A stretch of 63,323 nucleotides of DNA, the filler included, from Perkinsus chesapeaki ATCC PRA-425 (taxonomy: Eukaryota; Protista; Perkinsozoa): assembly GCA_013115145.1 (NCBI GenBank). It is 4 parts of 4 records of this genome, joined end to end, with 100 filler letters (N's around TTAATTAATTAA, not from the genome) between each part and the next. Parts side by side here need not be neighbours in the genome. Positions count along the whole stretch, not along the records: positions 1 to 28,730 come from JAAPAO010000464.1; 3 more parts are not named here. One strand, 5' to 3'. This document shows positions 1 through 11,375 of the stretch, one piece after another. Made by a program: the position numbers and the translations under genes. Under the pieces are notes generated by a model that worked only from the letters and a program-made list of their open reading frames with translations, searched no databases and was not told the DNA's origin. Each line of letters begins with the position of its first letter. Positions within the stretch are counted from its first letter, which is position 1.

Positions 1-1201
1 TATCTTCCGTGGGCGAGCGAGATTGCATCTTCACGGACTTGCGGGACGCGTGCAGCGTCACGGTACGTGACACCAAGCCTAATACATTTAAGGGGTACTC
101 GTCGAGACTACTCATAGCAAGGTCTAATCTTCTTTTGTTAGAAGATATCTAACGTTATTCGGTATTATACTGATAACTATTATATATGGAAGTTACATCA
201 TCCATTAGCATTCTCGGTTTATGAAGAGATATGTGTAAATACGTTGTTATTGTTGGAGTCTTTGCTTATTCCAATGTAAATAATGAGTAGGAGAAAGTTC
301 CATCTCGGTTTTGCACGCAGCCATTGCATTCTTCTCTGAAGGAGAGTGTGCAGTGCGCGCACAGTCTATTTGAGGCCTATCATATCTGCACGTCAGATTC
401 TCAATGCCTCGTTCCTGAACTTGTTGTTAAATTGGTGACTGCCAAATTTTCCCGGTCGTCCAGAGTGCAGTTGGAGTATCACTCTTGCTCGATAATAGTA
501 ATTGCCGGTGTTATCGGCAGAACCCTCCAAGGCCATGCGGTGCCCTGCACGTTAGGATCGCTTGTCTAGGAGTTCCTCTGCCGTAAGTTCTATAAGTTCC
601 TCCCGCTATTTTATCCGAGGTGTGTTACGTCGATGTATCACCCCTTACAGTTTCCGTGACGATATTCACATGTGAGATCGTATTGTGTTCGTAAGTGTCA
701 TCACTCGCATCATCAAGGTGCGCACGAAAGCTGACTAAGCTGAGTTAGGGAATCACTAATATTGACCTTTGAGTTGATTTAGAAGCATTTGTAAAGCCTC
801 TAGTCGACGAGTCGTTCATTAAGTACTAATCAAATGGTGAGATTGCTAACCTAGATTCGGGAAGCAGATACTAGGGGAATCATGTCGCATGCGTGCTAAA
901 GGTGGAAGCCACCTTCGACAATAAAGCGCATGCGTGCACGGGGGATGCGCCAAAGGGCTACGATATGGCTGCGAGCATCGTAGTCCCTCGTAGTACGAGG
1001 GGATACGCTTGTGGGGTATGATGGGACTATGGGGGAAGTGAACTGGTCCCTAGTTAAGGTTTTTTTGAGGAGTTACTCTGGGTTGGCTTTTTGTAGTGCA
1101 TAAGACTGTTTGTGGCTCCTGCAGACGGGAAAGAGCATGGGTGCTGGTCGTTAAATCTTTGGATTGAAGGCAATCATTTTAGGCTGCGTAATCCCATTCG
1201 A

Positions 1202-2584
1202 ATGCCTTGGAGCGAAAAATCAACGAGTAGCGGAGTCAGCACCGTGGAAGTCTTCAAGAGGAATGGCCCACTCATGTTCAAGTTGGGTATAGGGTTCTTC
1301 GCTGACGCGTACGACCTATTTGTAATCGACTTGGTTCTGGCTATACTCGAAGTACTTAATGTTGATGACCCTGGCGCCATTGGTCTCAATGCTAATACCA
1401 AGGGGCTTGTTGCAGCAGCGACGTCGGTTGGGGCAGTCGTCGGTATGCTACTCTTCGGTATAATTGGTGACCGTCTTGGTCGTCGTGTCGCTATACTAGT
1501 AACCGGCACCCTTGTCGCTGTAGGTTCTATTGCTTCTGCATGTGTTCAGAAGTCCACAGCCTTTACTCTTTCCCAACAGCTATGCTTATGTCGGTTCATA
1601 CTAGGCATCGGTATAGGTGGGGAATACCCCTTATCTGCGGCAATGGCTTCAGAAAGGTCCAGTCCTGCCATCAGAGGCCGAGTGATAGCCGGAGTATTTT
1701 CCATGCAAGGCGTGGGAATGATCGTGGCGTCTCTTGTACCGCTCATCTTCCTTGAAGCCGGCGCCTCGTTGGAGGTTAGCTGGAGAGCTTCCTTAGCCTT
1801 GGCAGCCCCTCCTATTCCGGTTGCCCTCTATCAAAGATTCAAGATGTCAGAATCAGTGGCCTTTACCGAGGCTCGGCAAGGCCGAGACGGTTCCTTCGGC
1901 AACCAGGTTTGGGTATTTATATCGACAATTGGCACATTTCTGGTACCTCTGATGGGAACGTCTTTATCGTGGCTATTTATGGATATCAGTTTCTATGGGA
2001 CCGGAGAATTTAAGCACTCAGTCTCTGGAGATATCTTCCCCTCTCGATCGGGACGCGAGAAAGTTATTGATGCAGCGATATTCGCAATGATAATATCATT
2101 CATTGCTCTTCCTGGTTATATATGTGCATGTATTTTTATAGATAAACTAGGAAGATGGATATTACAAGTTATCGGCTTTATAATGATGATAATATTCTAT
2201 GTAGTTATGGCATTATGTACTCAATTTAATGCCAATGCGTATCTAAATCTAGTCGTATTTGGGGTTACATTCTTCTGGACTAATTTTGGACCTAATACAA
2301 CTACCTTTATTATACCATCAGAAATATTCCCCACTGAGGTCAAGACCACGTGTCATGGCTTCTCTGCGGCTATGGGTAAAGTCGGTGCTATTATTGGTAC
2401 GTACTCATTTCCTGCTGTACAGGAAGGCATTGGCTTGAGCGGTGTGATGTATGTATGCGCTGCTGTAGCAGCCTTTGGTCTCGGCGCCACGGTTATCTTC
2501 TTGAGAAGACAGTTGGTGAGTGAGGCTCCAGACGTTTCTAATAGCGGTCTTCCATCAAGTCAACGTGAGTTTGTTAAAGCTTGA
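1202..2584 (+). CDS. PHT1/PHO84-type phosphate:H+ symporter (MFS), copy 1, intronless
   Basis: Uninterrupted 460-aa ORF from ATG 1202 with about 12 hydrophobic segments. Motifs GFFADAYDLF, GDRLGRR, GIGGEYPLSA, FSMQG, WLFMDISFY, FWTNFGPNTTTFIIPSEIFPT and HGFSAAMGKVGA match the PHS family. Confidence 0.93.
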   Translation: MPWSEKSTSSGVSTVEVFKRNGPLMFKLGIGFFADAYDLFVIDLVLAILEVLNVDDPGAIGLNANTKGLVAAATSVGAVVGMLLFGIIGDRLGRRVAILVTGTLVAVGSIASACVQKSTAFTLSQQLCLCRFILGIGIGGEYPLSAAMASERSSPAIRGRVIAGVFSMQGVGMIVASLVPLIFLEAGASLEVSWRASLALAAPPIPVALYQRFKMSESVAFTEARQGRDGSFGNQVWVFISTIGTFLVPLMGTSLSWLFMDISFYGTGEFKHSVSGDIFPSRSGREKVIDAAIFAMIISFIALPGYICACIFIDKLGRWILQVIGFIMMIIFYVVMALCTQFNANAYLNLVVFGVTFFWTNFGPNTTTFIIPSEIFPTEVKTTCHGFSAAMGKVGAIIGTYSFPAVQEGIGLSGVMYVCAAVAAFGLGATVIFLRRQLVSEAPDVSNSGLPSSQREFVKA

Positions 2585-2992
2585 TAAGAGCTCATATTCA
2601 GGTCGAGTCTTGAACGCGCAGTTCGCACGACGAATCTGCCGTTAACTGTACTGACGTCTTACACCAAGTTATTACTTTTTTCCCACGGGCCTCCTCTTTT
2701 GCCGATTCTTGCGAGGTTATTTAGAGCTTATAGTGTATCGTTAGTGAGCCCGTCTTCTGCGGGGCATATATTAGACGGCAATACGAGGCTTAATGTCGAC
2801 TTTACTGTGGCGTTTGTGTTGTCACTCGGGTTTATCGGGGCGAGAAACAGCACGACATGTGGACTGCGAGAAATATATCCCCCTTGAGTCAAAACACGGG
2901 AGGCCAATTTGGCGAAGTGACCGTTCCTTTCAACCATCCATGAGCGACACTGAACACTACGCGCCTTTGGCGTTAAGTAGTTTATTACCCTA

Positions 2993-4393
2993 ATGCAGGA
3001 ACCATTTCTCAATAGTTCCCCTAGGATGGCGAATGAGCTACGCGGTGGTCATGAACACTACAGCGAGAGATATGGGTTGATACTGAAGCTAGGATCCGGC
3101 TTCTTTGCGGACGCTTATGATCTCTTCATCATAGACCTTGTCCTTGCGATACTGGACCAGTTTCCGGAATCAGCCGGTCTTGGTCTAACCGACAGCACGC
3201 GTGGTTTAGTGGCCTCTGCAACTTCGTTCGGTGCCATTGCGGGTATGCTATTTTTTGGCGTTATAGGCGACAGAGTTGGTCGGCGTGCAGCCATATTGTG
3301 TACCGGCTCCCTGGTGTTCATCGGTTCGGTGGCGTCGAGCTTAGTAGTGAGATGGGATACTTTTCCCCTAGCCTATCAACTATGCGTGGCGCGCTCTGTC
3401 CTGGGTTTTGGAATCGGAGGAGAATACCCGCTTTCGGCTGCCATGGCTGCTGAGAAGGCCCACCCAGAAGTACGTGGTCGAGTGGTGGCGGGAGTGTTCT
3501 CTATGCAAGGAGTTGGTATGATAGCTGCGGCTCTGATTCCTATGGCCTTGCTTTCCTTTGGGTTGCCATTAGAGTTAACGTGGCGTCTACTCATGGCATT
3601 CGCTGTGATACCAAGTGGAGCCTCTCTTTACTGGCGATTCGGGCTCGAAGAATCCGCAGCCTTCAACGAGGTTGACATGAACAGAGCGGTCGATATCTGG
3701 ACTAATTTGACCTCGACAGTTGTAGAGTTGAAGTCCCCGCTATTGGGGGCGGCCCTCGCGTGGCTACTTATGGACATCACCTTCTACGGCACAGGCGAAT
3801 TCAAGCATGTCATTGCGAGCAAGCTACTCGAGGAGCAGCAGGGTTTTGCGCAGGTTCGCAGAGATGCTGTGTTTGCGTTGATTGTCTCCCTAATAGCACT
3901 GCCTGGTTACCTCTGTTCGTGCTTCTTCATTGACAAGATCGGGCGCTGCCAGCTGCAAGCCCTCGGCTTTTCTATGATGGCGTTGTTCTACTCTATCTCG
4001 GCCCTTTGCATCGGCCTCGGAGCTGCAACTTGGGTTAATCTGTTCGTCTTCAGTGGTACCTTCTTCTGGACCAACTTCGGTCCGAACGTTACAACCTACA
4101 TAATACCGTCCGAAACATTCCCAGTGCAAATTCGCACCACGTGCCACGGTATCTGCGCCGCCAGCGGCAAAGTCGGTGCGGTTGTCGGAGCGTACTTCTT
4201 CCCTGTAGTCCAGAGTTCGCTGGGAGTGCCATCTGTTCTGGTTATATGCTCTGTTATAGCTGTGCTTGGGTTGGTATGCACACTTAAGCTGGTGACGGAT
4301 ACTCCTATTCGGCTGGATACAAGCACCTCAACTTTGTCAACAATTGAGATGGGGAACTTCCAGGGATTGAGAGAGCGGCCTGGCGGCAAGTAA
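2993..4393 (+). CDS. PHT1/PHO84-type phosphate:H+ symporter, copy 2, intronless
   Basis: 466-aa ORF with the same motif set (GFFADAYDLF, GGEYPLSAAMAAE, WLLMDITFY, NFGPNVTTYIIPSETFP, ASGKVGA). Confidence 0.93.
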   Translation: MQEPFLNSSPRMANELRGGHEHYSERYGLILKLGSGFFADAYDLFIIDLVLAILDQFPESAGLGLTDSTRGLVASATSFGAIAGMLFFGVIGDRVGRRAAILCTGSLVFIGSVASSLVVRWDTFPLAYQLCVARSVLGFGIGGEYPLSAAMAAEKAHPEVRGRVVAGVFSMQGVGMIAAALIPMALLSFGLPLELTWRLLMAFAVIPSGASLYWRFGLEESAAFNEVDMNRAVDIWTNLTSTVVELKSPLLGAALAWLLMDITFYGTGEFKHVIASKLLEEQQGFAQVRRDAVFALIVSLIALPGYLCSCFFIDKIGRCQLQALGFSMMALFYSISALCIGLGAATWVNLFVFSGTFFWTNFGPNVTTYIIPSETFPVQIRTTCHGICAASGKVGAVVGAYFFPVVQSSLGVPSVLVICSVIAVLGLVCTLKLVTDTPIRLDTSTSTLSTIEMGNFQGLRERPGGK

Positions 4394-5711
4394 GCGGAGA
4401 ATCTTCCAATCGTGCTGGGGACTCTGAGCACGAACGCTGTTGAGAGCGGTTCTGTCTGAATGGTTCCGTCGATGCCGCTCTGAAGTCGTTCTTGTCAGGT
4501 ACGTCCGTCTTTCGTCACTGTCCGTCGGTGTACCCTCCAACGTGGACATGTATACAGCATGCGAGTGAAGACCTGCTAACATTTATAGTGTGTGTTTCTA
4601 AATCTCTGTGGTGTGGCGTTCTGGTAAGTCTCTGCTCTTTGTTGGGTAGTTTTACGAACCGTCCACAGCAAAGTGTCATTTGGACTGCCTTTACTTATAC
4701 AACCAGGCAGCAGCCCGGTCAGTGATAATACCGCGATCCTCACGTAGCATTTAAGCTTTTGCTTTTTACTGCTGGGATCGCTTCACACAACGTTCAAACT
4801 CAACAACACGTAACTGAACCGAAACCAAAACCTTGCATGCTCCCCCACAGCATCGCTGCTCATCTACCGTGTCGCATCCACTTGCGGTACTTACGAACGA
4901 TTGAACAAACTGAAAGAGGGTCAACTGTATGGATTAAGATGGAGGTAGCTCACGTGGTCCTGAACCATGGCCAGCTCTTGTGGGCCATTTCGAGCCGGGT
5001 GACCGATGCTTGCACCATATGTCGAGGGCACACGCCTGCGTGGATGGCGCTATAACTGAGACAGGAAGATGTGGTGAGAAGGAGCGGTTCTAGCGAGTGT
5101 CTACGTAATGGAGGAGCCTCGTCTCTCATTTCTCATCATAAATACCGATGATGTTTACAAGAAACGACTACGGATATGTGGCTCGCCAGCGTACTTCCCA
5201 TTTGATGCCATTTATGCCACCAATTTTAGATTAAGCGGGATCGAGGAAAATGTAGGAATTGATCCCTCACCTGTGGGAGGTAGCACTGACCTAGTGGCCA
5301 GCTGAGTGGAACGACTCAGAACATTCAATCGCATCGTAGATTGAAGGAACTGCCGTTACCTATACAAATGGTCGCACCGCAAAGCGTCACGCGCCACACA
5401 ATAGGCAGAGCGCGCGCGCCCAGGGCATAAACAGCGTTGTCGTGTGGGGCCTACAGTTGTCAGTGGGGCTAGCTTTTTCATTCGTGTACTCACCTTCTCG
5501 ATGAGCTAGCTGATGCTCGCCTAGCCGATTAGATAGAGGCTCTCTAGGGCCGAGAGAATATTACTACTGTGAAGGTGTTACCGTGACCATTTCGCGAGTT
5601 TCTTCGCTGTGCAGTGTCAGCGTGTTGTGGATGATTGCAGTATTAGGTAGTTGTAATAGTATTATTTTTGTTGTAGACGTGTTGTTTGCGGTTGTGCTTT
5701 ATAGACATTAA

Positions 5712-7337
5712 ATGGCCAGTGACGATGGTTCCTCTTCCAAATCTGTGGTTGGAGCCGGCCCCCAGGATGATGGTGTGGCGGCCGCTCCTGCTGAGGAGCA
5801 TATAAGCACACTACATGTGTTCACCAAAAACTTCCCTCTTATTTGCAAGCTTGGTGCCGGATTTTTCGCCGACGCTTACGATATGTTCGTTATAGATATC
5901 GTTTTAGCTATTCTCACTGAGATGCAAGAGGAAGACCCAACTGGATTGGGTATGGATTCCAGCACTAAGGGTCTAGTGGCTTCAGCAACATCTATTGGTG
6001 CTGTTGCAGGCATGCTGTTCTTTGGTGTTGTCGGTGATCAAGTTGGGCGTCGTATAGGTATCTTGTGTACTGGTGCGTTTGTGGCACTAGGTGCTGTAGC
6101 TTCAGCATGCATCCAAAGGTCTACAACCTTCTCCTTGGCTCATCAGTTATTCGTATGTCGATTGGTTTTAGGGTTTGGTATTGGTGGTGAATATCCTCTA
6201 TCTGCTGCAATGGCATCAGAGCGTTCTGATAACGCTACCCGAGGGCGTATCACCGCCGGTGTATTCTCTATGCAAGGCCTCGGTATGATCTTCGCCGCTG
6301 TCTTGCCTCTCATTCTCCTTTATGCCGGGTGCCCCATGGAAATCACTTGGCGTGTTCTTGTGTGCTTCACTGTTGTCCCTAGTCTCACTGCCTTGTACTT
6401 GAGATTGGGTATGAAAGAATCTGATACTTTCAAAGAGCAGCAAGCTCATAAGAAGAAAAATACTACCAGTTTCAGTTCGCGAGTGAGAGCTTTCCTAAGG
6501 ACCTTGCAGGTATACATCAAACCGCTTATCGGCACTACAATGTCATGGTTATGTATGGATATCACCTTCTATGGTACCGGTGAATTCAAGCATTCAGTTT
6601 CGGCTGAGCTTTTCCCGAATGGTTCGGGAGAGAAGGCCGTAGAGCAAGATGCGTGGTTTGCATTGGTTGTCTCATTGCTTGCTTTACCTGGTTATATCTG
6701 TGCCTGTTGGTTTATTGATAGCCTTGGACGTTGGAAGATTCAAGTTCTTGGTTTCTCTATGATGATTATTTTCTATGTTGTTATGGCTATATGTACGCAG
6801 TTCAACGCGAACAAGTATCTTAATCTCATTATATTCGGCATCACTTTCTTCTGGACAAATTTCGGTCCCAATACTACGTCTTATGTCATTCCCTCGGAGA
6901 TCTATCCCACCAGCGTTAAGACTACCTGTCACGGTATGTCAGCTGCATCAGGAAAGGTCGGTGCCATTATAGGATCATTTATCTTCCCCACTTTACAGAG
7001 TTCTATCGGCCTTGCTGGTGTTATGTACGTATGCACAGGTGTGGCTGCTGTTGGTCTAATAATGACACTTATATTCCTCCCTAAGAAGCTGGTTGAAGCC
7101 GCTGCTAAGGGTATTACTTTAACTGCTTCCTCGTCCCCAACTACTCCAGAGGATGAGCAGGATAGTTCTAAGATCAATTCGACATCATCATCAGCCTCTA
7201 CGGTATCCGTAGATGGTGAAGGAGAGGTGCATGATATCGAAGAGGGTCGGGTTCACAGCGAGTCTACTAACGGCTTTGGTGGTGGTGAAGCTGCTAAGAT
7301 TCGGTCGGGTAATAATCCTATAAATAGTACTGTTTAG
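5712..7337 (+). CDS. PHT1/PHO84-type phosphate:H+ symporter, copy 3, intronless, with long Ser/acidic C-tail
   Basis: 541-aa ORF with the same motif set plus a roughly 80-aa low-complexity cytosolic tail. Confidence 0.93.
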   Translation: MASDDGSSSKSVVGAGPQDDGVAAAPAEEHISTLHVFTKNFPLICKLGAGFFADAYDMFVIDIVLAILTEMQEEDPTGLGMDSSTKGLVASATSIGAVAGMLFFGVVGDQVGRRIGILCTGAFVALGAVASACIQRSTTFSLAHQLFVCRLVLGFGIGGEYPLSAAMASERSDNATRGRITAGVFSMQGLGMIFAAVLPLILLYAGCPMEITWRVLVCFTVVPSLTALYLRLGMKESDTFKEQQAHKKKNTTSFSSRVRAFLRTLQVYIKPLIGTTMSWLCMDITFYGTGEFKHSVSAELFPNGSGEKAVEQDAWFALVVSLLALPGYICACWFIDSLGRWKIQVLGFSMMIIFYVVMAICTQFNANKYLNLIIFGITFFWTNFGPNTTSYVIPSEIYPTSVKTTCHGMSAASGKVGAIIGSFIFPTLQSSIGLAGVMYVCTGVAAVGLIMTLIFLPKKLVEAAAKGITLTASSSPTTPEDEQDSSKINSTSSSASTVSVDGEGEVHDIEEGRVHSESTNGFGGGEAAKIRSGNNPINSTV

Positions 7338-9064
7338 AGTGGTTGTAATAGTTGTAGTGGTATTCAATGGTAACGCTTACATTTTATCGCTGTTGGATGA
7401 TGAAGTAGTTGTACTAAGGATATTTTATTTACTCTTTGTTGCTGTTCTTACTAGTACTACCACTTTAGTGAAGGTCCAGTACTATTACTTTAATAATAAT
7501 AAGGCTGTGATGCATGGGACCGTATTGTCTATTTACACCAGTCATTTGGAGCAGCTGCTTGGGCGATAGCCATGACCATCTATAATGATGATAATGACCA
7601 ATAGAATGTTATTACTCTTAGGAGTATTATGAGTGGAAAGATGCCATCTCTATGGCTATCTGCGTGCAATGGTCTCAGCAAGCTTCAATTCTGTCCGTCG
7701 TAATAATATTTGTCTCACCCCCAAAGTCTTCAAGCAACGTTATCGTCAGCCTTTAGTCGAAATTTAGTCATTCCTCTGATGCCCTCAAGCATGTTCGAGA
7801 TATAAGCACCACTTCGTAAACTTAGCCTGCTGTCACCATCTACTGCTAAACTCCTTCGATGCGCTTCGTATCGTGTCCTATTGGCATTTTATCACTCCAT
7901 TGCATTATGGATGTTCTTGCCATTGTAGAACGCGGTCATTTTCTTTTCCGTTCGACGCGTGAGTAGAGTGATGCCGCCGCCGTTCTTACTGGTCAACTGC
8001 TTCAGTTGTCCTTTTGCTGTCTTATATTTGGTGTCGACAGGCTAAGTAATGTAGTGTGGACGTTTTAAAGGTCCGCTGTTGCAAGGGCTAAAGAACCGTG
8101 CCAGTTAATATCTCTGGGCCTGCTAAGGGTTTGACTGACGTCTATTGCTATCTGATGTTCATATTTCGTATGGTAAAAATCACCATGTTTCGATTATACC
8201 ACTGTTCAGAGCCCACAGGCTCCCAGCACCGCTGCTATTGTGCTATGATTTGGACTGGGGCTCAGGCGACCTGCACGACGGGTCGCAAGCACCGTCCTCA
8301 TTATCAAAGTACCAATCAAATTGTCTGATTACTTAGTTCCTAATGATTGTTGTTCTTAATCTCTGTCGGTTTCTTTTCACGCCCCGAAATTGCAGTCGGT
8401 TGCGGTTCGGAGACGTATCATCGCGCTCTTCTCGTTGTTCGTAATAATGAGAAAGTACACCGTCTTTAGCTTCATCGGTGCTTCTACCTCTGTCTAAGGT
8501 CTGGTGCTGAGAGGCTGCTGCTGGATGGCTGAGCCGGATCGACATAGCACTGATGGTTTCTGTACCAGCCGGTTTACTTGTTACAAATTGCTATTATTAT
8601 TTACCATTGACTTGTGTTGTTTCCAGTTCAATATGCGGAGGGAGCTGAGGACGGTGTGAGACTAATCAGTGGTATCTTTCCGTTTCTTCAGAGTGAGTAA
8701 GATATCTTGCAGTTTCGGATACCACGGCACGGTTGAAACGACCGGGGCATACTCTACTTCACTCATCAACCGTTCCTTTCTGTCAGTTGCCTAATTTCAG
8801 TATAGCACGTCCGCCGCCATACACAGCACGAGGAGCTCCCGTCCCTCTTCGCTCCCAGTCGGTACTCGATCTCCCTGGACTGACAACGCTCTCTCCAACA
8901 GCCTTCCCGGTGACTGGAAGATGCCAGGTGGTAAGTCAGGTTACTGGTTTGCCTTAAGATATCGTCGTTTCAAGCAGGTGCTGCAAGGGCCTGCCCGAGA
9001 AGTTCATAGCGATAAGTCCAAGGTAATGCTCTACCCTTAAGTTATACTACCTGATCACGCTTAG

Positions 9065-10867
9065 AAAAGGGCCCAACCTGTGAGTCTTACTGTAGGAGAC
9101 TCTGTAGAAGTCGCTGGTGCTACATACATCATTGAGAAGCCGCTTGGATCTGGTTCTTTTGGAACTGTGTGGGCAGCTCGTAGTGGGGAGGAGCGTTTCG
9201 CCATCAAAGTCACCGACGATTCTGGCGTGCGAGAAGCCGAAGCTATGCAGGCGTGGAAGGGATGCTCTCCCGCTATTCGCATCAGTAGGCTCGTCGCCTT
9301 CGACAAGCGCAGACGGCTGCTGGTCTTGGGGCTCGTCGCTGACTCGGTACCGTTGGATGAATGGTTGAGAAGTAAGGTTATGATGCCGGTGGTGAGAGAT
9401 CTGAGGGGAGTGGTGGGCGTGTGCAGGAGAATGCTGTTGCAAATGGCGGAGGCACTAGATCTGACCGCTAAAACTGTGGTTCACCGAGACGTATGCTCTC
9501 ACAACATTCTTGTCAATGAAAACACCGGTGACTTCACCTTGATTGACTTTGGCCTTTGCGCACAGAAGCGAACGTTTAATGCCCGGCAGGGCATGGCGGG
9601 CGATTGTCGGTACTGGCCTGCATGTGAGTGGCTGCTGTTCTTGCGGGGCCACCGATATGTGGAGGGGTGCCCGGCAATGCTGCAGGATTATCTGCAACGT
9701 CTGGATCATCATGCCTTGGCCTTGACGGTAGTAGAGGTGTTTTCCAAGTTGTACCGGCGGCTTGAGGAAGGGCCGTCAGAAAGTCCTGTAACGGAAGAGG
9801 ACGGCTTGTGGCAGTCGAGCGATTTCTCGACGGCTTTGTCGAGCGTGAGCGACTACCAGTTAGGCAGCAGTAGCGTGGCTGTGAGCGCGCGATCGTCGAG
9901 ATGTGCTTCGCCAGAGCAGAGCGAAATTGTGGGGCTGGACTCGCCGGTTCGATCGGAGATGAGCGCGTGCGGTGACGATAGTACTGTAGAGGTGGTGGAA
10001 GCATTCGAGAGCTATTGGAGGGAAGTTACGCCGTTTTGGAAGGATCTGCTTGGGACGTTTAAAGGCGAGGGCAACTGGGAGGCGCTGCAGCGAAGGCTGG
10101 ATAATCAGATGGTAGTGCTGGATTGAGACGTCGGGAATCGTGCGTGGACTTTGAAAATGAGATAGTACTGTGGATCAGAACTTATAGGTGTGAATTAGCA
10201 GCAGCAGACTGGATCGCTATGGTCGCTTGAGTATGCAGACTTGCTTGGACAACATCCAAGCCAGTCTGCGTATATCCAGTGGATATCTGCCTTCGGCTGT
10301 GGGTATGTCTTACTGCAGGCCCCCAGTCGAGTGCACGAAGCATTGGTCAGAATGAAGGATAGTATATTGGAGGTGATTAACGCACCCGATGTTGGCTCGG
10401 AGGTATGTGGGATGGTTTTGGATGGCATTTCTGGATCTCATGCGATTGCTTGGGGCTCGCTGTGTCCCGAAACTCGGTGGGAAGTGCGTCTGTCGTTTCA
10501 GGTACGCTCTCTGTTCTCGGCAGTTATGGGGCTGCTGCTTTGTGCGTCACCGCCACTATGTCGGCAGATATCCTTCCGAGAAGCCATTCATATACTAGAA
10601 GGGACAGTAGTTGCGTCACCGGTGGTCGTGGAACACGCCATTGCGCCGGTGGGACTGCCAGTGCCGCTAGTGGGACACGTCCCTAGTCATATGCGGTTGT
10701 GGACTGTGGACAATCCTGTGTCACTGGCACGGAACTTGACGCCGATTAGAATGTTCCCGGGGCACCATCAAGATACAAGTCCTGTGGGCATCACCCCTCC
10801 GTTCAGTAGGCGGCCTTTTTTCGGGACTGCTCTGCCCCAGCGATTGACTTTCAACGGATCATCGTAG
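9065..10867 (+). CDS. Protein kinase, divergent eukaryotic kinase fold (short upstream exons from about 8630 likely)
   Basis: GSGSFGTVW Gly loop, FAIK, alphaC Glu (REAEAM), HRDVCSHNILV, LIDFGL, subdomain IX LDHHALA. The 10241-10867 ORF is a probable last exon; its splice junction is not fully resolved. Confidence 0.85.
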
Positions 10868-10981
10868 CAGATTCTGAGATTGACTTCTTGAAACATTATG
10901 CATGCCCTTATAACTGTACAGGTTACATTATTATTTCTGCTGCTTGGAAATGACCGATCATGGGAAAGCGTGATTTCCAAA

Positions 10982-11320
10982 ATGCTCGGCAGGCTTTGTT
11001 TTTTTACAGAGAAGGAGGGACTTGGTGACCCGAAACCCGAACATACTCTGCTGCGAATTCGCTTGGTCCGTTTGGCATTCGAAATCTTCAAATGGCAAGT
11101 GGGTAGAGCGAAGGGCAGTTGTATTTTGCCCCACATGCCGCATTCGGTCCTACGAGCCGCGTCTATCCGGTATGACGTGGCCAGAGCAGTGAAAAAGGAG
11201 AAGAAGCTACAGAGAGAAGAGAGGAGGTTGAAAAGGCGGAGGCATTCTGTATCGAACGGGGATGATGTGGTATGTTGGGGTGACACAGTTGTGTCGACGT
11301 CTCCATCGGCTACAGTGTAG
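10982..11320 (+). CDS. Hypothetical basic protein
   Basis: Open frame MLGRLCFF...KKEKKLQREERRLKRRRH with an NLS-like basic stretch, filling the space between two same-strand genes. No family recognised. Confidence 0.4.
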   Translation: MLGRLCFFTEKEGLGDPKPEHTLLRIRLVRLAFEIFKWQVGRAKGSCILPHMPHSVLRAASIRYDVARAVKKEKKLQREERRLKRRRHSVSNGDDVVCWGDTVVSTSPSATV

Positions 11321-11375
11321 CTGCTGCTCCTGTGCAGCCCGAGCACCATCCCCGTAGTTGGCGAATCTATCTCAG

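Noticed and set aside
880-940. Duplicated CGCATGCGTGC upstream of transporter 1 as a phosphate-response element
   Set aside because: Not found upstream of copies 2 and 3, so there is no support for a shared regulatory role.
985-1001. Short odd-centred palindromes (985-1001, 45901-45915, 59993-60007, 61469-61483)
   Set aside because: About four 7-bp-arm and one 8-bp-arm cases are expected by chance in 63 kb.
7600-8545. Possible minus-strand gene (e.g. VDTKYKTAKGQLKQLTSKNGGG exon)
   Set aside because: Could not assemble a consistent spliced frame or recognise a family; unresolved.
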